From contig CACIWK010000003.1 of assembly GCA_902590345.1 (NCBI GenBank), positions 13,232-77,231 of the forward strand: a DNA stretch of 64,000 nucleotides, written 5' to 3'. A program made the translations under genes and the position numbers. Of the stretch, positions 33,436 through 45,163 are shown piece by piece; positions within the stretch are counted from its first letter, which is position 1, and each line of letters starts with the position of its first letter. The notes under the pieces are model-generated. The model worked only from the letters and a program-made list of their open reading frames with translations, was not told the DNA's origin and ran no database searches. The stretch comes from an uncultured Pelagibacteraceae bacterium (lineage in GTDB: Bacteria > Pseudomonadota > Alphaproteobacteria > Pelagibacterales > AG-422-B15).

Positions 33436-33540
33436 TTAAATAGTTCCCAACTTATAAACAGTATAAGAGAAAAATAAAGCCACAAAGAAAACTAGTACGA
33501 GGGCAGTTATTATATTTCTTTTTTTTATTTTTTTATCCAT
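33436..33540 (-). CDS. unannotated 34-aa single-TM protein translationally coupled between ctaB and ctaG
   Basis: My own translation of the minus strand gives MDKKIKKRNIITALVLVFFVALFFSYTVYKLGTI*. Its ATG overlaps the ctaB stop (TAATG) and its TAA abuts the ctaG ATG (TAAATG). It is below the 60-aa cutoff of the ORF track. Confidence 0.55.
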   Translation of the reverse strand: MDKKIKKRNIITALVLVFFVALFFSYTVYKLGTI

Positions 33541-34469
33541 TAGTAAATATTCCATAGTAAATTATCGATTAATAGAATTGAGAAAATATTAAACAGATAA
33601 ATAATTGAAAAATAAAATAGCATTTGAGCTTTTCGCTCAAGCAAGCCATCTTTCAACCACGATCTTTTGAGATCAAATGCCAAATAAATGAAAAAAATAC
33701 TTAGAGCTGTTGACGAAACTCCAAAGAACAGAGAATAGTATGAACTCATAATTAAAGTAAGTGGCAATAAGGTAATCGAATATGCGATAATTAAATTTAT
33801 CGTTTTACGCTCACCAACAATCAGTGGCATCATTGGAATTCCGGCCTTTTTATAATCATCTGATTTATAAAGTGCAAGAGCCCAGAAGTGAGGAGGCGTC
33901 CATAGAAAAATTAACATGAAAAGAAGGTAAATCTCAGTTGAGATTCCTCCTGTCACAACTGCCCAACCGATCATCGGAGGAAAGGCTCCCGCTGCACCTC
34001 CTATCACAATATTTTGAGGTGTCCTCTTTTTAAGCCATATTGTGTAAACAAATATATAAAAGCAAATTGTCAGTAAAAGTAATCCTGCAGCTGCTAAATT
34101 TGAAACCAAGTAAAGCATTGATACAGCAATTATTGAGAGTGTTATGCCATAGATGAGTGCCCCATTAGCGCTTATTTGGTTTGTTGGCAAAGCTCGATCT
34201 TTTGTTCTATTCATTAATTTGTCAGTATCTCTCTCATACCACATGTTTAGTGCTCCTGACGCGCCAGAACCAATTGAGATAGCAAGAATTGCGAGCAAAC
34301 CCGTTGTGAAACTCAGACTTCCAGGTGCGATTATCATTCCTACAAAGCTTGTAAATATAGAAAGTGACATAACCCTTGGTTTAAGCAAGGAGGTATAAAG
34401 AACTAGTTTTGTCGCAATAGAACCTAGCCCAAATTCCTGTTTGTTAGAAACTGAGGTAATATTTGCCAT
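33540..34469 (-). CDS. ctaB: protoheme IX farnesyltransferase (heme O synthase)
   Basis: UbiA-family polytopic protein with the NMWYERDTDKLMNRTKDRALP motif. Confidence 0.93.
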   Translation of the reverse strand: MANITSVSNKQEFGLGSIATKLVLYTSLLKPRVMSLSIFTSFVGMIIAPGSLSFTTGLLAILAISIGSGASGALNMWYERDTDKLMNRTKDRALPTNQISANGALIYGITLSIIAVSMLYLVSNLAAAGLLLLTICFYIFVYTIWLKKRTPQNIVIGGAAGAFPPMIGWAVVTGGISTEIYLLFMLIFLWTPPHFWALALYKSDDYKKAGIPMMPLIVGERKTINLIIAYSITLLPLTLIMSSYYSLFFGVSSTALSIFFIYLAFDLKRSWLKDGLLERKAQMLFYFSIIYLFNIFSILLIDNLLWNIY

Positions 34470-34477
34470 TGTAATTT

Positions 34478-36088
<1,611 letters not shown>

Positions 36089-36116
36089 TTATATGTTTCT
36101 CCTCTAAATAAATATT

Positions 36117-36944
36117 TTATTTTTTAGCCATTTCAAATGTATGGTTACTGTAATTAATCTCTAGGGATGCATACTCAGATTTAGCAAATTCGATCCACTC
36201 TTCAAACTCTTTGTTTGAGACGACTTTTACATTAATGGGCATAAATGCATGTTTTGGACCACAAAGCTCTGAGCATTGGCCATAATAAATTCCTTCTTTA
36301 TTAGCCTTAAACCATGTTTCATTTAATCTTCCTGGTACAGCATCCATCTTGACACCAAATGCAGGAATTGTCCAAGCGTGCAGCACATCTGCTGAAGTTA
36401 ACTGAAGCTTGACCACTTTATCTACTGGTACAACAATTTGAGTATCAGTCTCTAACAATCTTAACTTTGGATCTGATAGCTCATGATCAGCAAGCATGTT
36501 AGCATCAAAAGAGATATCATCGAAATCAGGGTACTCGTAAGTCCAATACCATTGATTGCCGATAGCCTTAATTGTTATATCTGCCTTTGGTATTGTTTCA
36601 GAAACGTAAAGTAATCTGAAAGATGGAATAGCAATAATAATTAACAATATTACTGGAATTACAGTCCACAATATTTCAATTGTTGTGTTGTGTGTTGTCG
36701 TGGAAGCAACATGATTACGGCTGCTATTAAATCTGAACATGATGTATAGCAGAAGACCAAGTACTAAAAGTGATATGCCTGTAATGATAGGCATTAAAAT
36801 ATAACTGTGAAATGATATAATGTCAGACATTAAATCAGTTGCGGGCTGTTGAAAGCTTAGTTGCCAATTTTCAGAAATGCCTTCATTTGCTAGTGAAAAA
36901 GAAGGTATAAGAAAAAAAAATAATATCTTAATAGTATTTTTCAT
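36117..36944 (-). CDS. ctaC: cytochrome c oxidase (aa3) subunit II
   Basis: Signal peptide, two TM segments, CuA site CSELCGPKHAFM. Confidence 0.95.
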   Translation of the reverse strand: MKNTIKILFFFLIPSFSLANEGISENWQLSFQQPATDLMSDIISFHSYILMPIITGISLLVLGLLLYIMFRFNSSRNHVASTTTHNTTIEILWTVIPVILLIIIAIPSFRLLYVSETIPKADITIKAIGNQWYWTYEYPDFDDISFDANMLADHELSDPKLRLLETDTQIVVPVDKVVKLQLTSADVLHAWTIPAFGVKMDAVPGRLNETWFKANKEGIYYGQCSELCGPKHAFMPINVKVVSNKEFEEWIEFAKSEYASLEINYSNHTFEMAKK

Positions 36945-37107
36945 AGAGAAGTTATTGATTTAAAGTTTTGAGCTATTACGTAATATATACTGCTTAATTT
37001 GCATTAAACTACTCATTATTTCGCGACAGTTTGACGCAATTTTTGCTAGTTTTTAGGGTTTTTTTAATATATTTTATAACAATATCTTTTATTCAGAATA
37101 ATTCGAA

Positions 37108-38556
37108 ATGATTAACAAAAAAATAGAGAATCAGTCCAATGACAGCCTCTTTTTCACTAGAAGCAATTTAGATAACTCAAAAGTTGATAAAGTTGTTTCA
37201 GATGCTTTGCACAAAGCAGACGATGGAGAACTATTCATGGAATTCTGTGAAAGTGAGAGCTTTGTATACGATGATCAAAGGCTAAAGAGTGCATCATTTG
37301 ATACATCAAAGGGTTTTGGATTAAGAGCTTTAGCCGGCGAAAGTTCAGGGTACGCTCATTCATCCGATATTGATGAAAATGCTCTAAAAAAAGCTAGTGA
37401 AACAGTAAATTTTATTACGAAAGACCATAATGCTAATTTCAACGCTAATTTCTCAAAAACCAACCGTAAACTTTACAATGAGATCAATCCAATTAATGAA
37501 ACTGAATTCTCAGAAAAAGTAGAAACTCTAAAAAAAATTGATGAATACGCAAGATCAAAAAATCCAAATGTTAAGCAAGTTTCGGCTTCTCTAAACGGTG
37601 AATGGCAGGCCGTGAGAATTTATAGACCTGGCGGAATTATAATTGAAGATCTTCGCCCTCTGGTAAGACTTTATGTATCCATCGTTCTCGAAAAGGATGG
37701 ACGTCAGGAAAATGGCAGCAGAGGCTCAGGTGGTAGAGTAGATTATTCAACTTTCTTAAATTCCTCTCATTGGCAAAATCAGGTAGATGAAGCAATCAAT
37801 CAAGCCGAGATAAATCTTACTTCCGTTGACACACCTGCAGGTGAAATGGATGTAGTTCTTGGACCAGGTTACCCGGGTGTTCTGCTACATGAAGCAATTG
37901 GACATGGACTTGAGGGTGATTTTAATAGGAAAAAAACTTCTGCATTCTCTAACCTTATGGGAGAAAAAATTGCAGACGAGTCAGTGACAGTTGTTGACGA
38001 TGGAACAATTGACTCTCGTCGAGGATCTTTAAGCGTTGATGATGAGGGTACACCAACTAATTGTACAACGTTAATTGAAAATGGAATTTTAACTGGTTAC
38101 ATGCAGGACAGATTAAACTCAAAACTGATGGGCGTTAATCCTACAGGGAATGGCAGAAGAGAAAGTTATGCTCACTTACCCATGCCCCGTATGACAAATA
38201 CATATATGTTGTCGGGTAATCGCCATCCGGAGGAAATTCTAAAATCAGTTAAGAATGGTCTATACGCTGTGGATTTCGGCGGTGGCCAGGTTGACATAAC
38301 AAGTGGTAAGTTTGTATTCACTTGTACTGAAGCTTACAAAATAGAAAATGGTAAAGTTACAAACCCTGTAAAAGGTGCAACGCTTATTGGTAACGGACCT
38401 GATGTGCTAAAAAGAGTTAAGATGGTTGGTAACGATTCAAAAATGGATACAGGTATTGGAACGTGCGGTAAAGACGGTCAAAGTGTTCCGGTTGGAGTAG
38501 GTCAGCCTACTATGTTGATAGAAAATCTTACTGTTGGAGGCACGGCTACAGCTTAG
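37108..38556 (+). CDS. tldD: TldD-family metalloprotease
   Basis: 482 aa with the HEAIGHGLE zinc motif and a conserved C-terminal Gly-rich region. Confidence 0.9.
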   Translation: MINKKIENQSNDSLFFTRSNLDNSKVDKVVSDALHKADDGELFMEFCESESFVYDDQRLKSASFDTSKGFGLRALAGESSGYAHSSDIDENALKKASETVNFITKDHNANFNANFSKTNRKLYNEINPINETEFSEKVETLKKIDEYARSKNPNVKQVSASLNGEWQAVRIYRPGGIIIEDLRPLVRLYVSIVLEKDGRQENGSRGSGGRVDYSTFLNSSHWQNQVDEAINQAEINLTSVDTPAGEMDVVLGPGYPGVLLHEAIGHGLEGDFNRKKTSAFSNLMGEKIADESVTVVDDGTIDSRRGSLSVDDEGTPTNCTTLIENGILTGYMQDRLNSKLMGVNPTGNGRRESYAHLPMPRMTNTYMLSGNRHPEEILKSVKNGLYAVDFGGGQVDITSGKFVFTCTEAYKIENGKVTNPVKGATLIGNGPDVLKRVKMVGNDSKMDTGIGTCGKDGQSVPVGVGQPTMLIENLTVGGTATA

Positions 38557-40118
38557 CTTACTTGTCTCTCTTGATCCTTCCAATACGGTTCTCTCAATAC
38601 TTTTTTTAGAACTTTTCCACTAGCATTTCTTGGAACTTCATCAATAAAATCTACTGATTGGGGCTTTTTATAACTTGCAATTCTATCTTTACAAAAGCTG
38701 ATCAAATCAGCTTCAGTTACATTTGACCCCTCCTTTTTCACGATACAAGCTTTAACTACTTCACCATATTTTTCGTCTGGAACACCAATGACTGCTGCAT
38801 CAACAACATCAGGATGCGCAAATAAAGCTGCTTCAACCTCTGTTGAGTAAATATTCTCACCTCCAGACACAATCATGTCTTTTATTCTATCTTGTATAAA
38901 TACAAATCCTTCTTCATCCATTCGACCTGCATCACCTGTATGCATCCACCCGCCTTTAAGCGCTTTCTCACTTTCCTCTTTTTTATTCCAATAACCTTTC
39001 ATGATTTGAGGTCCCTTTGCACAGATCTGACCTATTTCTCCAATGGGGAGAGGGTTATCATTTTCATCTCTAATTTCAACTTGTGTATCAATTGCAGGTC
39101 TTCCACATGATTTTAATAGATCGGGTTTTTCATTGAGTGCACGAATATGTTCTTCTGGGGTCATTAAACAAATAACAGCTACCGTTTCTGTCATTCCAAA
39201 ACCTTGTCCAAATTTACACTTAAAAACGTCCATTGCTTTTTTGAGTGTTTCCGGGGCGATCGGTGAGGCTCCATAATGAATCTGATCTAAATCATTGTAT
39301 TCATTGTTTGCTACATTTGGCACTGATACTAAGCATGCTTGAATCATCGCAGGGACTAATACTGTATGCGTAATTTTTTCATTTGCTAGACAGTCTACTA
39401 CATCTTGCGGAATAAAATCCTCTTGAATAACAATAGTTCCACCTATTGCAATGCATCCACACATATTAATCATTGCAGCGGCATGATACATTGGAGCCAC
39501 CAAAAGAGTTCTTGAAGGCCTTGGTAAAGTTAAACTATTTAAATACTGTCTAATATTAGCAGCAACATTTCTCTGTAATAGAACAGCGCCTTTTGGATGA
39601 CCTGTAGTACCACTTGTGTACATTTGATATACGTCATCATTTTCATGGATTTTTAAAGTTGGTTTTTCATTCGAACTATCTGAAAGCCAATCATAAAAAT
39701 CCTGAAATTTTTCAACACTATTATCAAGCGATATAGAAATATATTTTTTTACATTTTTTAACTCTGATGAAATCTGATTTATTCTATCCGAATATTCATT
39801 ACCTTTGACTATGATAAGTTTGGCTTCAGAGTCATTTATTATGTATGCCCACTCTTGGTCTGCTAAACGATAATTCAGTGGAACAGGTACAGCACCAACT
39901 TTTGATGCTGCGTAATACATAATTGCCATTTCAGTACAATTTTTTGCAAGAAATGCAAATCTATCTCCAACTTCTAAACCCTCAGAAACAAGTTTGTTAG
40001 CCAATTGATTGCTTAATAAATTTGCTTCTTGATAAGAAAGCGAATTTCCTTCAAATTCTGAAAAGGGGAAATTAGGATTTTTATCTGCTCCATTTTCTAA
40101 ATGTTCGTGTAATAACAT
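38553..40118 (-). CDS. AMP-dependent acyl-CoA synthetase/ligase (fatty-acid or CaiC-like)
   Basis: AMP-binding core YTSGTTGHPKGA and TGD...GF....DR.KD motif. 521 aa. Last gene of the acylase operon. Confidence 0.85.
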   Translation of the reverse strand: MLLHEHLENGADKNPNFPFSEFEGNSLSYQEANLLSNQLANKLVSEGLEVGDRFAFLAKNCTEMAIMYYAASKVGAVPVPLNYRLADQEWAYIINDSEAKLIIVKGNEYSDRINQISSELKNVKKYISISLDNSVEKFQDFYDWLSDSSNEKPTLKIHENDDVYQMYTSGTTGHPKGAVLLQRNVAANIRQYLNSLTLPRPSRTLLVAPMYHAAAMINMCGCIAIGGTIVIQEDFIPQDVVDCLANEKITHTVLVPAMIQACLVSVPNVANNEYNDLDQIHYGASPIAPETLKKAMDVFKCKFGQGFGMTETVAVICLMTPEEHIRALNEKPDLLKSCGRPAIDTQVEIRDENDNPLPIGEIGQICAKGPQIMKGYWNKKEESEKALKGGWMHTGDAGRMDEEGFVFIQDRIKDMIVSGGENIYSTEVEAALFAHPDVVDAAVIGVPDEKYGEVVKACIVKKEGSNVTEADLISFCKDRIASYKKPQSVDFIDEVPRNASGKVLKKVLREPYWKDQERQVS

Positions 40119-40154
40119 GAGAAAATTTTATATAATTATTTTTTTTCTACAAGC

Positions 40155-42332
40155 TCAATTAAAGAATGTATCTTTGAGCTTTTCACTTGCAAATAAATTA
40201 ATTTGATCATCATAGTGTGGAGAACCCATGTTCATTGTAGCGCTTCCAAATTGGTGAATGCTTTTTGATACCTGTTTTTTATTTTCATCCCATTTTACAT
40301 AGATATAAAGGCCGTCTCCAGCAACAGCTTTGAGTATACCATCACTGCTTCGCGGGGCGTAAATTGCCCTTAAAACATCGGGTCCTCCTTGAATGTGCAC
40401 TAAATTTGATCCTCTCTCCAAGAAATTAACATCACTCCATTTTACACTTAATGTCCCAAAGTTTTTCTCAAACTCATCAACACAATTAATGAAGATGTCG
40501 ATTGGATCTGGGCGTGGCTTTCTTGTTATTTCTGCCAACCATTCAGGAGACAAGATACAAACTCCAAAAGCAGCATGTAAATTATCAGAGTCAGTTCCTA
40601 GATCCCAATCTCTCAAAAATTCTTGAGCATTTTTTAATTTATTTTCTGGAAATTCATGATTGAAAATTTCTTTCATAAACTTGTATTGTCTTGAATTGTA
40701 AGAAAACTTATTATCGTGTTTGTATTTATCAAGTTCACCAAATGATATTGATTTATCGGGATCAAGAAGTTCGTAAGCTCTATATGCCCTATTCGTTGTT
40801 CGTGTTTGAAAACCCATAGTTGGATTAAAGTTAGATAAAGATAAGTTATCTTCCTTAGCTGTAACAAAAAAAGGATTTTGATTAGTACTAAATATATATC
40901 CAGAGCTTGGGTTTAAGATCTGAGGCACGCTTTCAAAAGGATGAAAATTATTCCAAATTAAATCACTCTTATTTCCGGGTACCACTTGCATCCAATTATA
41001 GTTTGGGTCTCTTACTGGCGATTTAACATTATGAACAAAAAAGATATTATCTTCTTTATCAGCGTAAACTAAATTTAAACTAGCTAGCTGTTCCATTCTT
41101 AAGGCATCAAGCCATTCATCAATATTTTTTGATTTATTCATTTTGAGCCATGCAGTTGAGTGATTGACATCATTCATTCCTACAAACCTTAGGGCATAGG
41201 CTTTATTGTCATCTTTCAGAACAGGCCCATGTGCTGAATGGTACATTTGTATAGGATATGTAATATTGAAAGGGCCAAAAAGTTTAACTTTAAATTCTTG
41301 ATCCGTTTCGGTGAAATTAACCCATGCACCATCTAGTTCATACTGATCATTATTCTCTGGATTAAGTTTTAATTCATAAATATCGGATAAATCTGGCTGA
41401 TTAACTGTAGCTCCCCACCCGAGATTTTCATTAAAGCCAACATGTACAAATGGCGACCCTGGAAAAGTACCACCCATGATATTTAAGCCCTCTCCACTTT
41501 TTATATGAATTTCATACCAAGCAACTGGACCCGTTAATGGCTGGTGTGAATTAATGACAAGCATTGTCTCATTGTCTTGTGATCTACTTTTGGAAACAGC
41601 AAATGCGTTTGAACCTGATGGTTTAAAGTAAGTATTTATGCTTGCGACTATTGGATTATCGGATAGAGCGTTCATGTTCATTGCAACTTTCTCTTCTTGA
41701 TCATCCATTAAATTGATGAGTTCAGCAATTGAATGATCGATGCCATAAAATAAAGGCATCCGAAATGTCATACCAGCAACCAAATCGTATGCAGTAGCTG
41801 GATATAAAGATTGATCAACTAAGTTCGGATTTTTTGCAGCATAATAATTAAGCCCATCTGCATAACCTTTTATATAGTTAATTGTTTCCTCTGGAATTTC
41901 TGAAATCTTATTTTTAACAGTTTCATGAACATTAAAAAACTTAAATAAAAAATCTAATTCTACTCCCTCAATTGCATCCAGGTTTTCCATTATGTCTCCA
42001 TCACCAGTAATTAGTGAATAAATAGCTGCAAATGTTTTTGAATTGAAATTTAAATTTGAAAGCTCCCCACGAGACATTTTAATCATCATCTCGACATGTT
42101 TTAAATCATCCTCTGCTTGTGTATAAGCAAATCCGAATGCTGCATCTTTATCGGTATCTCCATATACATGTGGTACTCCGAACTGGTCTCGTTCAATCTT
42201 GTAAGAGTATTTTTTTTCTATTTCTAAAAAACTAGTTTGCGCAAAATTTCTAGTATTATATTGATTGACCGCTATAAGTGTCGATATAAAGACTAGAGCT
42301 ATTCCAAGAATTGAAAATAAAAATTTATTCAA
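40155..42332 (-). CDS. penicillin-acylase-family (peptidase S45, Ntn-hydrolase) amidase, membrane-anchored or secreted
   Basis: 725 aa, N-terminal hydrophobic anchor MNKFLFSILGIALVFISTLIA. The internal GSNAFAVS resembles the autoproteolytic site that exposes the nucleophile Ser (compare the SN motif of PvdQ/QuiP/PGA beta chains). Confidence 0.75.
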   Translation of the reverse strand: MNKFLFSILGIALVFISTLIAVNQYNTRNFAQTSFLEIEKKYSYKIERDQFGVPHVYGDTDKDAAFGFAYTQAEDDLKHVEMMIKMSRGELSNLNFNSKTFAAIYSLITGDGDIMENLDAIEGVELDFLFKFFNVHETVKNKISEIPEETINYIKGYADGLNYYAAKNPNLVDQSLYPATAYDLVAGMTFRMPLFYGIDHSIAELINLMDDQEEKVAMNMNALSDNPIVASINTYFKPSGSNAFAVSKSRSQDNETMLVINSHQPLTGPVAWYEIHIKSGEGLNIMGGTFPGSPFVHVGFNENLGWGATVNQPDLSDIYELKLNPENNDQYELDGAWVNFTETDQEFKVKLFGPFNITYPIQMYHSAHGPVLKDDNKAYALRFVGMNDVNHSTAWLKMNKSKNIDEWLDALRMEQLASLNLVYADKEDNIFFVHNVKSPVRDPNYNWMQVVPGNKSDLIWNNFHPFESVPQILNPSSGYIFSTNQNPFFVTAKEDNLSLSNFNPTMGFQTRTTNRAYRAYELLDPDKSISFGELDKYKHDNKFSYNSRQYKFMKEIFNHEFPENKLKNAQEFLRDWDLGTDSDNLHAAFGVCILSPEWLAEITRKPRPDPIDIFINCVDEFEKNFGTLSVKWSDVNFLERGSNLVHIQGGPDVLRAIYAPRSSDGILKAVAGDGLYIYVKWDENKKQVSKSIHQFGSATMNMGSPHYDDQINLFASEKLKDTFFN

Positions 42333-42334
42333 AA

Positions 42335-43996
42335 TTATGCAGCGCTTTTTTCTTTGTAGCTTACATGCTGTGGTGGAAGGAATTCATTGCCGAGAATATG
42401 ATCAGAAATTTTATCAGCTATCATAATTGTTGGTGCGTTGGTGTTTCCACCAATTAGAGTTGGCATTACTGACGCATCGATCACTCTTAAATTTTCTACT
42501 CCTCTAACCCTTAATTTATCGTCTACAACCGCAAATTCATCATTTCCCATTTTGCAAGTACCTACTGGATGATAAATTGTTTCAGCAGCATTTCTGATAA
42601 ATTCTTCTATTTCAGCATCTGTTTGAACATGAACACCAGGAGTCATCTCTTTCCCTCGGTATTCATCAAAAGCAGACTGGTTCATAATTTCTCTAGACAT
42701 TTTTACTCCTTTTATAAGGGTGTCTCGATCTTTTTGAGTTGCAAAATAATTAGGCTGAATAATCGGAGGTACTGTCGGATCAAGAGATTTTAGAGCAATG
42801 TAACCCCTACTTTCGGGTCTAAGCATACATACGTGATTACTGAACGCATGAGAGTCAGGTCTTGTCTTTCCATGATCTTTTAAAAGTGACCCAATAAAGT
42901 GCATTTGAATATCTGGAAGGTCAAGTGTGTCATCTGTTTTTAAAAATGATACACCTGATAAACCAATGTCATTTCCTGGCCCTTTTTTAGTTATCATCCA
43001 TTGAGCTAAAATTGCGGCCATTCTAAATACTGCAAGTCCACCTGCTGTATATTTTGCTTCTGTTACTGGCTGCGTACACTCGTAATGAGATAATACATCT
43101 AAATGGTCCTGTAAATTTTCACCTACTCCTGGAAGATCAGCTACAACTTTTAATCCCCATTTTTTAATGTAATCTCCTTTACCTATTCCTGATAGTTGTA
43201 ATATTTGTGGTGAATTAATAGCACCTCCACATACAATTACTTCCCTTTCAGCATAAGCTTTTATAACTTCTTTTCCTTTTAAATACTCAAGCCCAACACA
43301 TTTTGTACCATCAAATAATAGTTTGTTAGTTATTGAATTAGTTGCAATAGTTAAATTTTTTCTATCTTTAATAGGATTTAAAAATGAAAAACTCGTACTT
43401 GCTCTATAGCCTTTTGAGATCGTTTGAGGACATGGTCCAAAACCCTCATTATCGTGTTGATTAATGTCTTCAATGTATTTATAACCTGCCTCTTTACCAG
43501 CATTTAAAAAGCACCGATGCAGGGGATTGTTTGTAAAGACTGGATTTTGAACACTCAACTCTCCATCGCTACCATGAAATTCCGATGATCCATTTTCATT
43601 TTTTTCAGCTCTTTTAAAATAAGGCAGCACTTCCTCGTAAGACCATCCCTCATTTCCAAGCTGTCTCCATATATCGTAATCACGTGAGTGACCTCTCACG
43701 TAGAGCATTCCATTAATGTTGCTTGAGCCACCTAGACCTTTACCTCGAGGAAAGAAAAGTTTTCTATTATTTAAATGTGGTTGACCCTCCGTCCAATAGC
43801 CATAATTATAAAATTTACCAGCACCTTCACCAGAAATTAACTCGAGCACACCTGCTGGCATTTTAACAAACGGATGCCATGTAGTGCCACCAGCCTCGAT
43901 TAAAAGAACTTTTATATCAGGATCTTTGGAGAGTCTATTCGCTAAAACGCAACCGGCTGAACCAGCTCCTGCAATTATGTAATCAAAAGTATTCAT
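42335..43996 (-). CDS. GMC-family FAD oxidoreductase (choline/alcohol dehydrogenase-like)
   Basis: N-terminal FDYIIAGAGSAGCVLANRLS, GMC signature regions, C-terminal HPVGTCKMG. 553 aa. Confidence 0.88.
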   Translation of the reverse strand: MNTFDYIIAGAGSAGCVLANRLSKDPDIKVLLIEAGGTTWHPFVKMPAGVLELISGEGAGKFYNYGYWTEGQPHLNNRKLFFPRGKGLGGSSNINGMLYVRGHSRDYDIWRQLGNEGWSYEEVLPYFKRAEKNENGSSEFHGSDGELSVQNPVFTNNPLHRCFLNAGKEAGYKYIEDINQHDNEGFGPCPQTISKGYRASTSFSFLNPIKDRKNLTIATNSITNKLLFDGTKCVGLEYLKGKEVIKAYAEREVIVCGGAINSPQILQLSGIGKGDYIKKWGLKVVADLPGVGENLQDHLDVLSHYECTQPVTEAKYTAGGLAVFRMAAILAQWMITKKGPGNDIGLSGVSFLKTDDTLDLPDIQMHFIGSLLKDHGKTRPDSHAFSNHVCMLRPESRGYIALKSLDPTVPPIIQPNYFATQKDRDTLIKGVKMSREIMNQSAFDEYRGKEMTPGVHVQTDAEIEEFIRNAAETIYHPVGTCKMGNDEFAVVDDKLRVRGVENLRVIDASVMPTLIGGNTNAPTIMIADKISDHILGNEFLPPQHVSYKEKSAA

Positions 43997-44523
43997 TCAA
44001 TTTTATCTATTTTTAGATTATCTCTAAATTTTTTCATATTTTCAACATAGTGAAAAGCACTAAGTTCAATTATCTTTTTTTCCATATCTGTCAATTCTCT
44101 TTTAACAGTTCCAGGAGATCCCACTATAAGGCTATTATCAGGAAATTCTTTCCCCTCAGTTATTAGCGAATTTGCGCCAACCAAACAATTATTTCCTATT
44201 TTTGCATTATTTAGAACAGTTGAGCCCATTCCTATGAGAGAATTATTTCCTACTGAACAGCTATGTAAGATAACTTTATGACCTACTGTGACATTATCCC
44301 CTATCACTAATGGCATTCCATCATCCGTATGACAAACAGAATTATCTTGAATATTTGAATTTTCACCAACAATTATCGGATCATTGTCACCCCTTAAAAC
44401 AGCGCCAAACCATACACTAGCATTTTTTTTCAGTGTAATGTCTCCTATCACAGAAGCACTTGGTGCGACCCAGAAGTCTGTATTACCTCGATTTATTTTT
44501 TTATCTCCGAGTGAATAGATCAT
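43993..44523 (-). CDS. gamma-carbonic-anhydrase-like hexapeptide-repeat protein (YrdA/CaiE/PaaY family)
   Basis: 176 aa, left-handed beta-helix hexapeptide repeats, VWFGAVLRGD and conserved His positions. Overlaps the GMC gene start by 4 nt. Confidence 0.85.
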   Translation of the reverse strand: MIYSLGDKKINRGNTDFWVAPSASVIGDITLKKNASVWFGAVLRGDNDPIIVGENSNIQDNSVCHTDDGMPLVIGDNVTVGHKVILHSCSVGNNSLIGMGSTVLNNAKIGNNCLVGANSLITEGKEFPDNSLIVGSPGTVKRELTDMEKKIIELSAFHYVENMKKFRDNLKIDKIE

Positions 44524-44556
44524 ATCTTGTTATTTAGTTAAGTAAGAAATATAGTA

Positions 44557-45153
44557 ATGATAATTAGATATTTAGACAATAGAAAGAAAATTATGGTTGC
44601 ATTAGAAACACCGATTTGTGATTTTGGATGGAAGGCTCCAGAATTTAATCTTATTGGCATCGATAACAAATATTATTCATTTCAAGATATTAAAGGTACT
44701 AATGGAACATTAGTAATGTTCATATGCAATCATTGTCCATACGTTAAATCAGTGATACATCGAATTATTGAAGATGTAACCACACTGAAAGAAAAAGGTA
44801 TAGGTGTAATAGCAATAATGTCTAATGATGTGAATGATCCAAAATATGGTGAAGAGGATTCATTTGATAACATGAAGTTATTTTCTGAGAAGAATAATTT
44901 TGTATTTCCTTACGTTTATGATGAGACGCAAAGTGTTGGTAGGGAATATAATGCTGTGTGTACTCCTGATTTTTTTGGATTTAATGCAAATAATGAACTT
45001 CAGTATAGAGGTAGACTTGAAGAGTCTAAAATGGAGATAATTCCAAATGCAAAAAAAGAGCTTTTAGAAGCAATGATTCAAGTTTCAGAGACAGGATCTG
45101 GTCCAAAGAATCAAATACCAAGCATTGGATGTTCAATAAAATGGAAAGAATAA
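44557..45153 (+). CDS. thioredoxin-fold (AhpC/TSA-like) protein with CxxC
   Basis: CNHCPYV redox motif in a thioredoxin-like fold context. The start may instead be the Met at 44593. Confidence 0.65.
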   Translation: MIIRYLDNRKKIMVALETPICDFGWKAPEFNLIGIDNKYYSFQDIKGTNGTLVMFICNHCPYVKSVIHRIIEDVTTLKEKGIGVIAIMSNDVNDPKYGEEDSFDNMKLFSEKNNFVFPYVYDETQSVGREYNAVCTPDFFGFNANNELQYRGRLEESKMEIIPNAKKELLEAMIQVSETGSGPKNQIPSIGCSIKWKE

Positions 45154-45163
45154 AGAAGTACAA

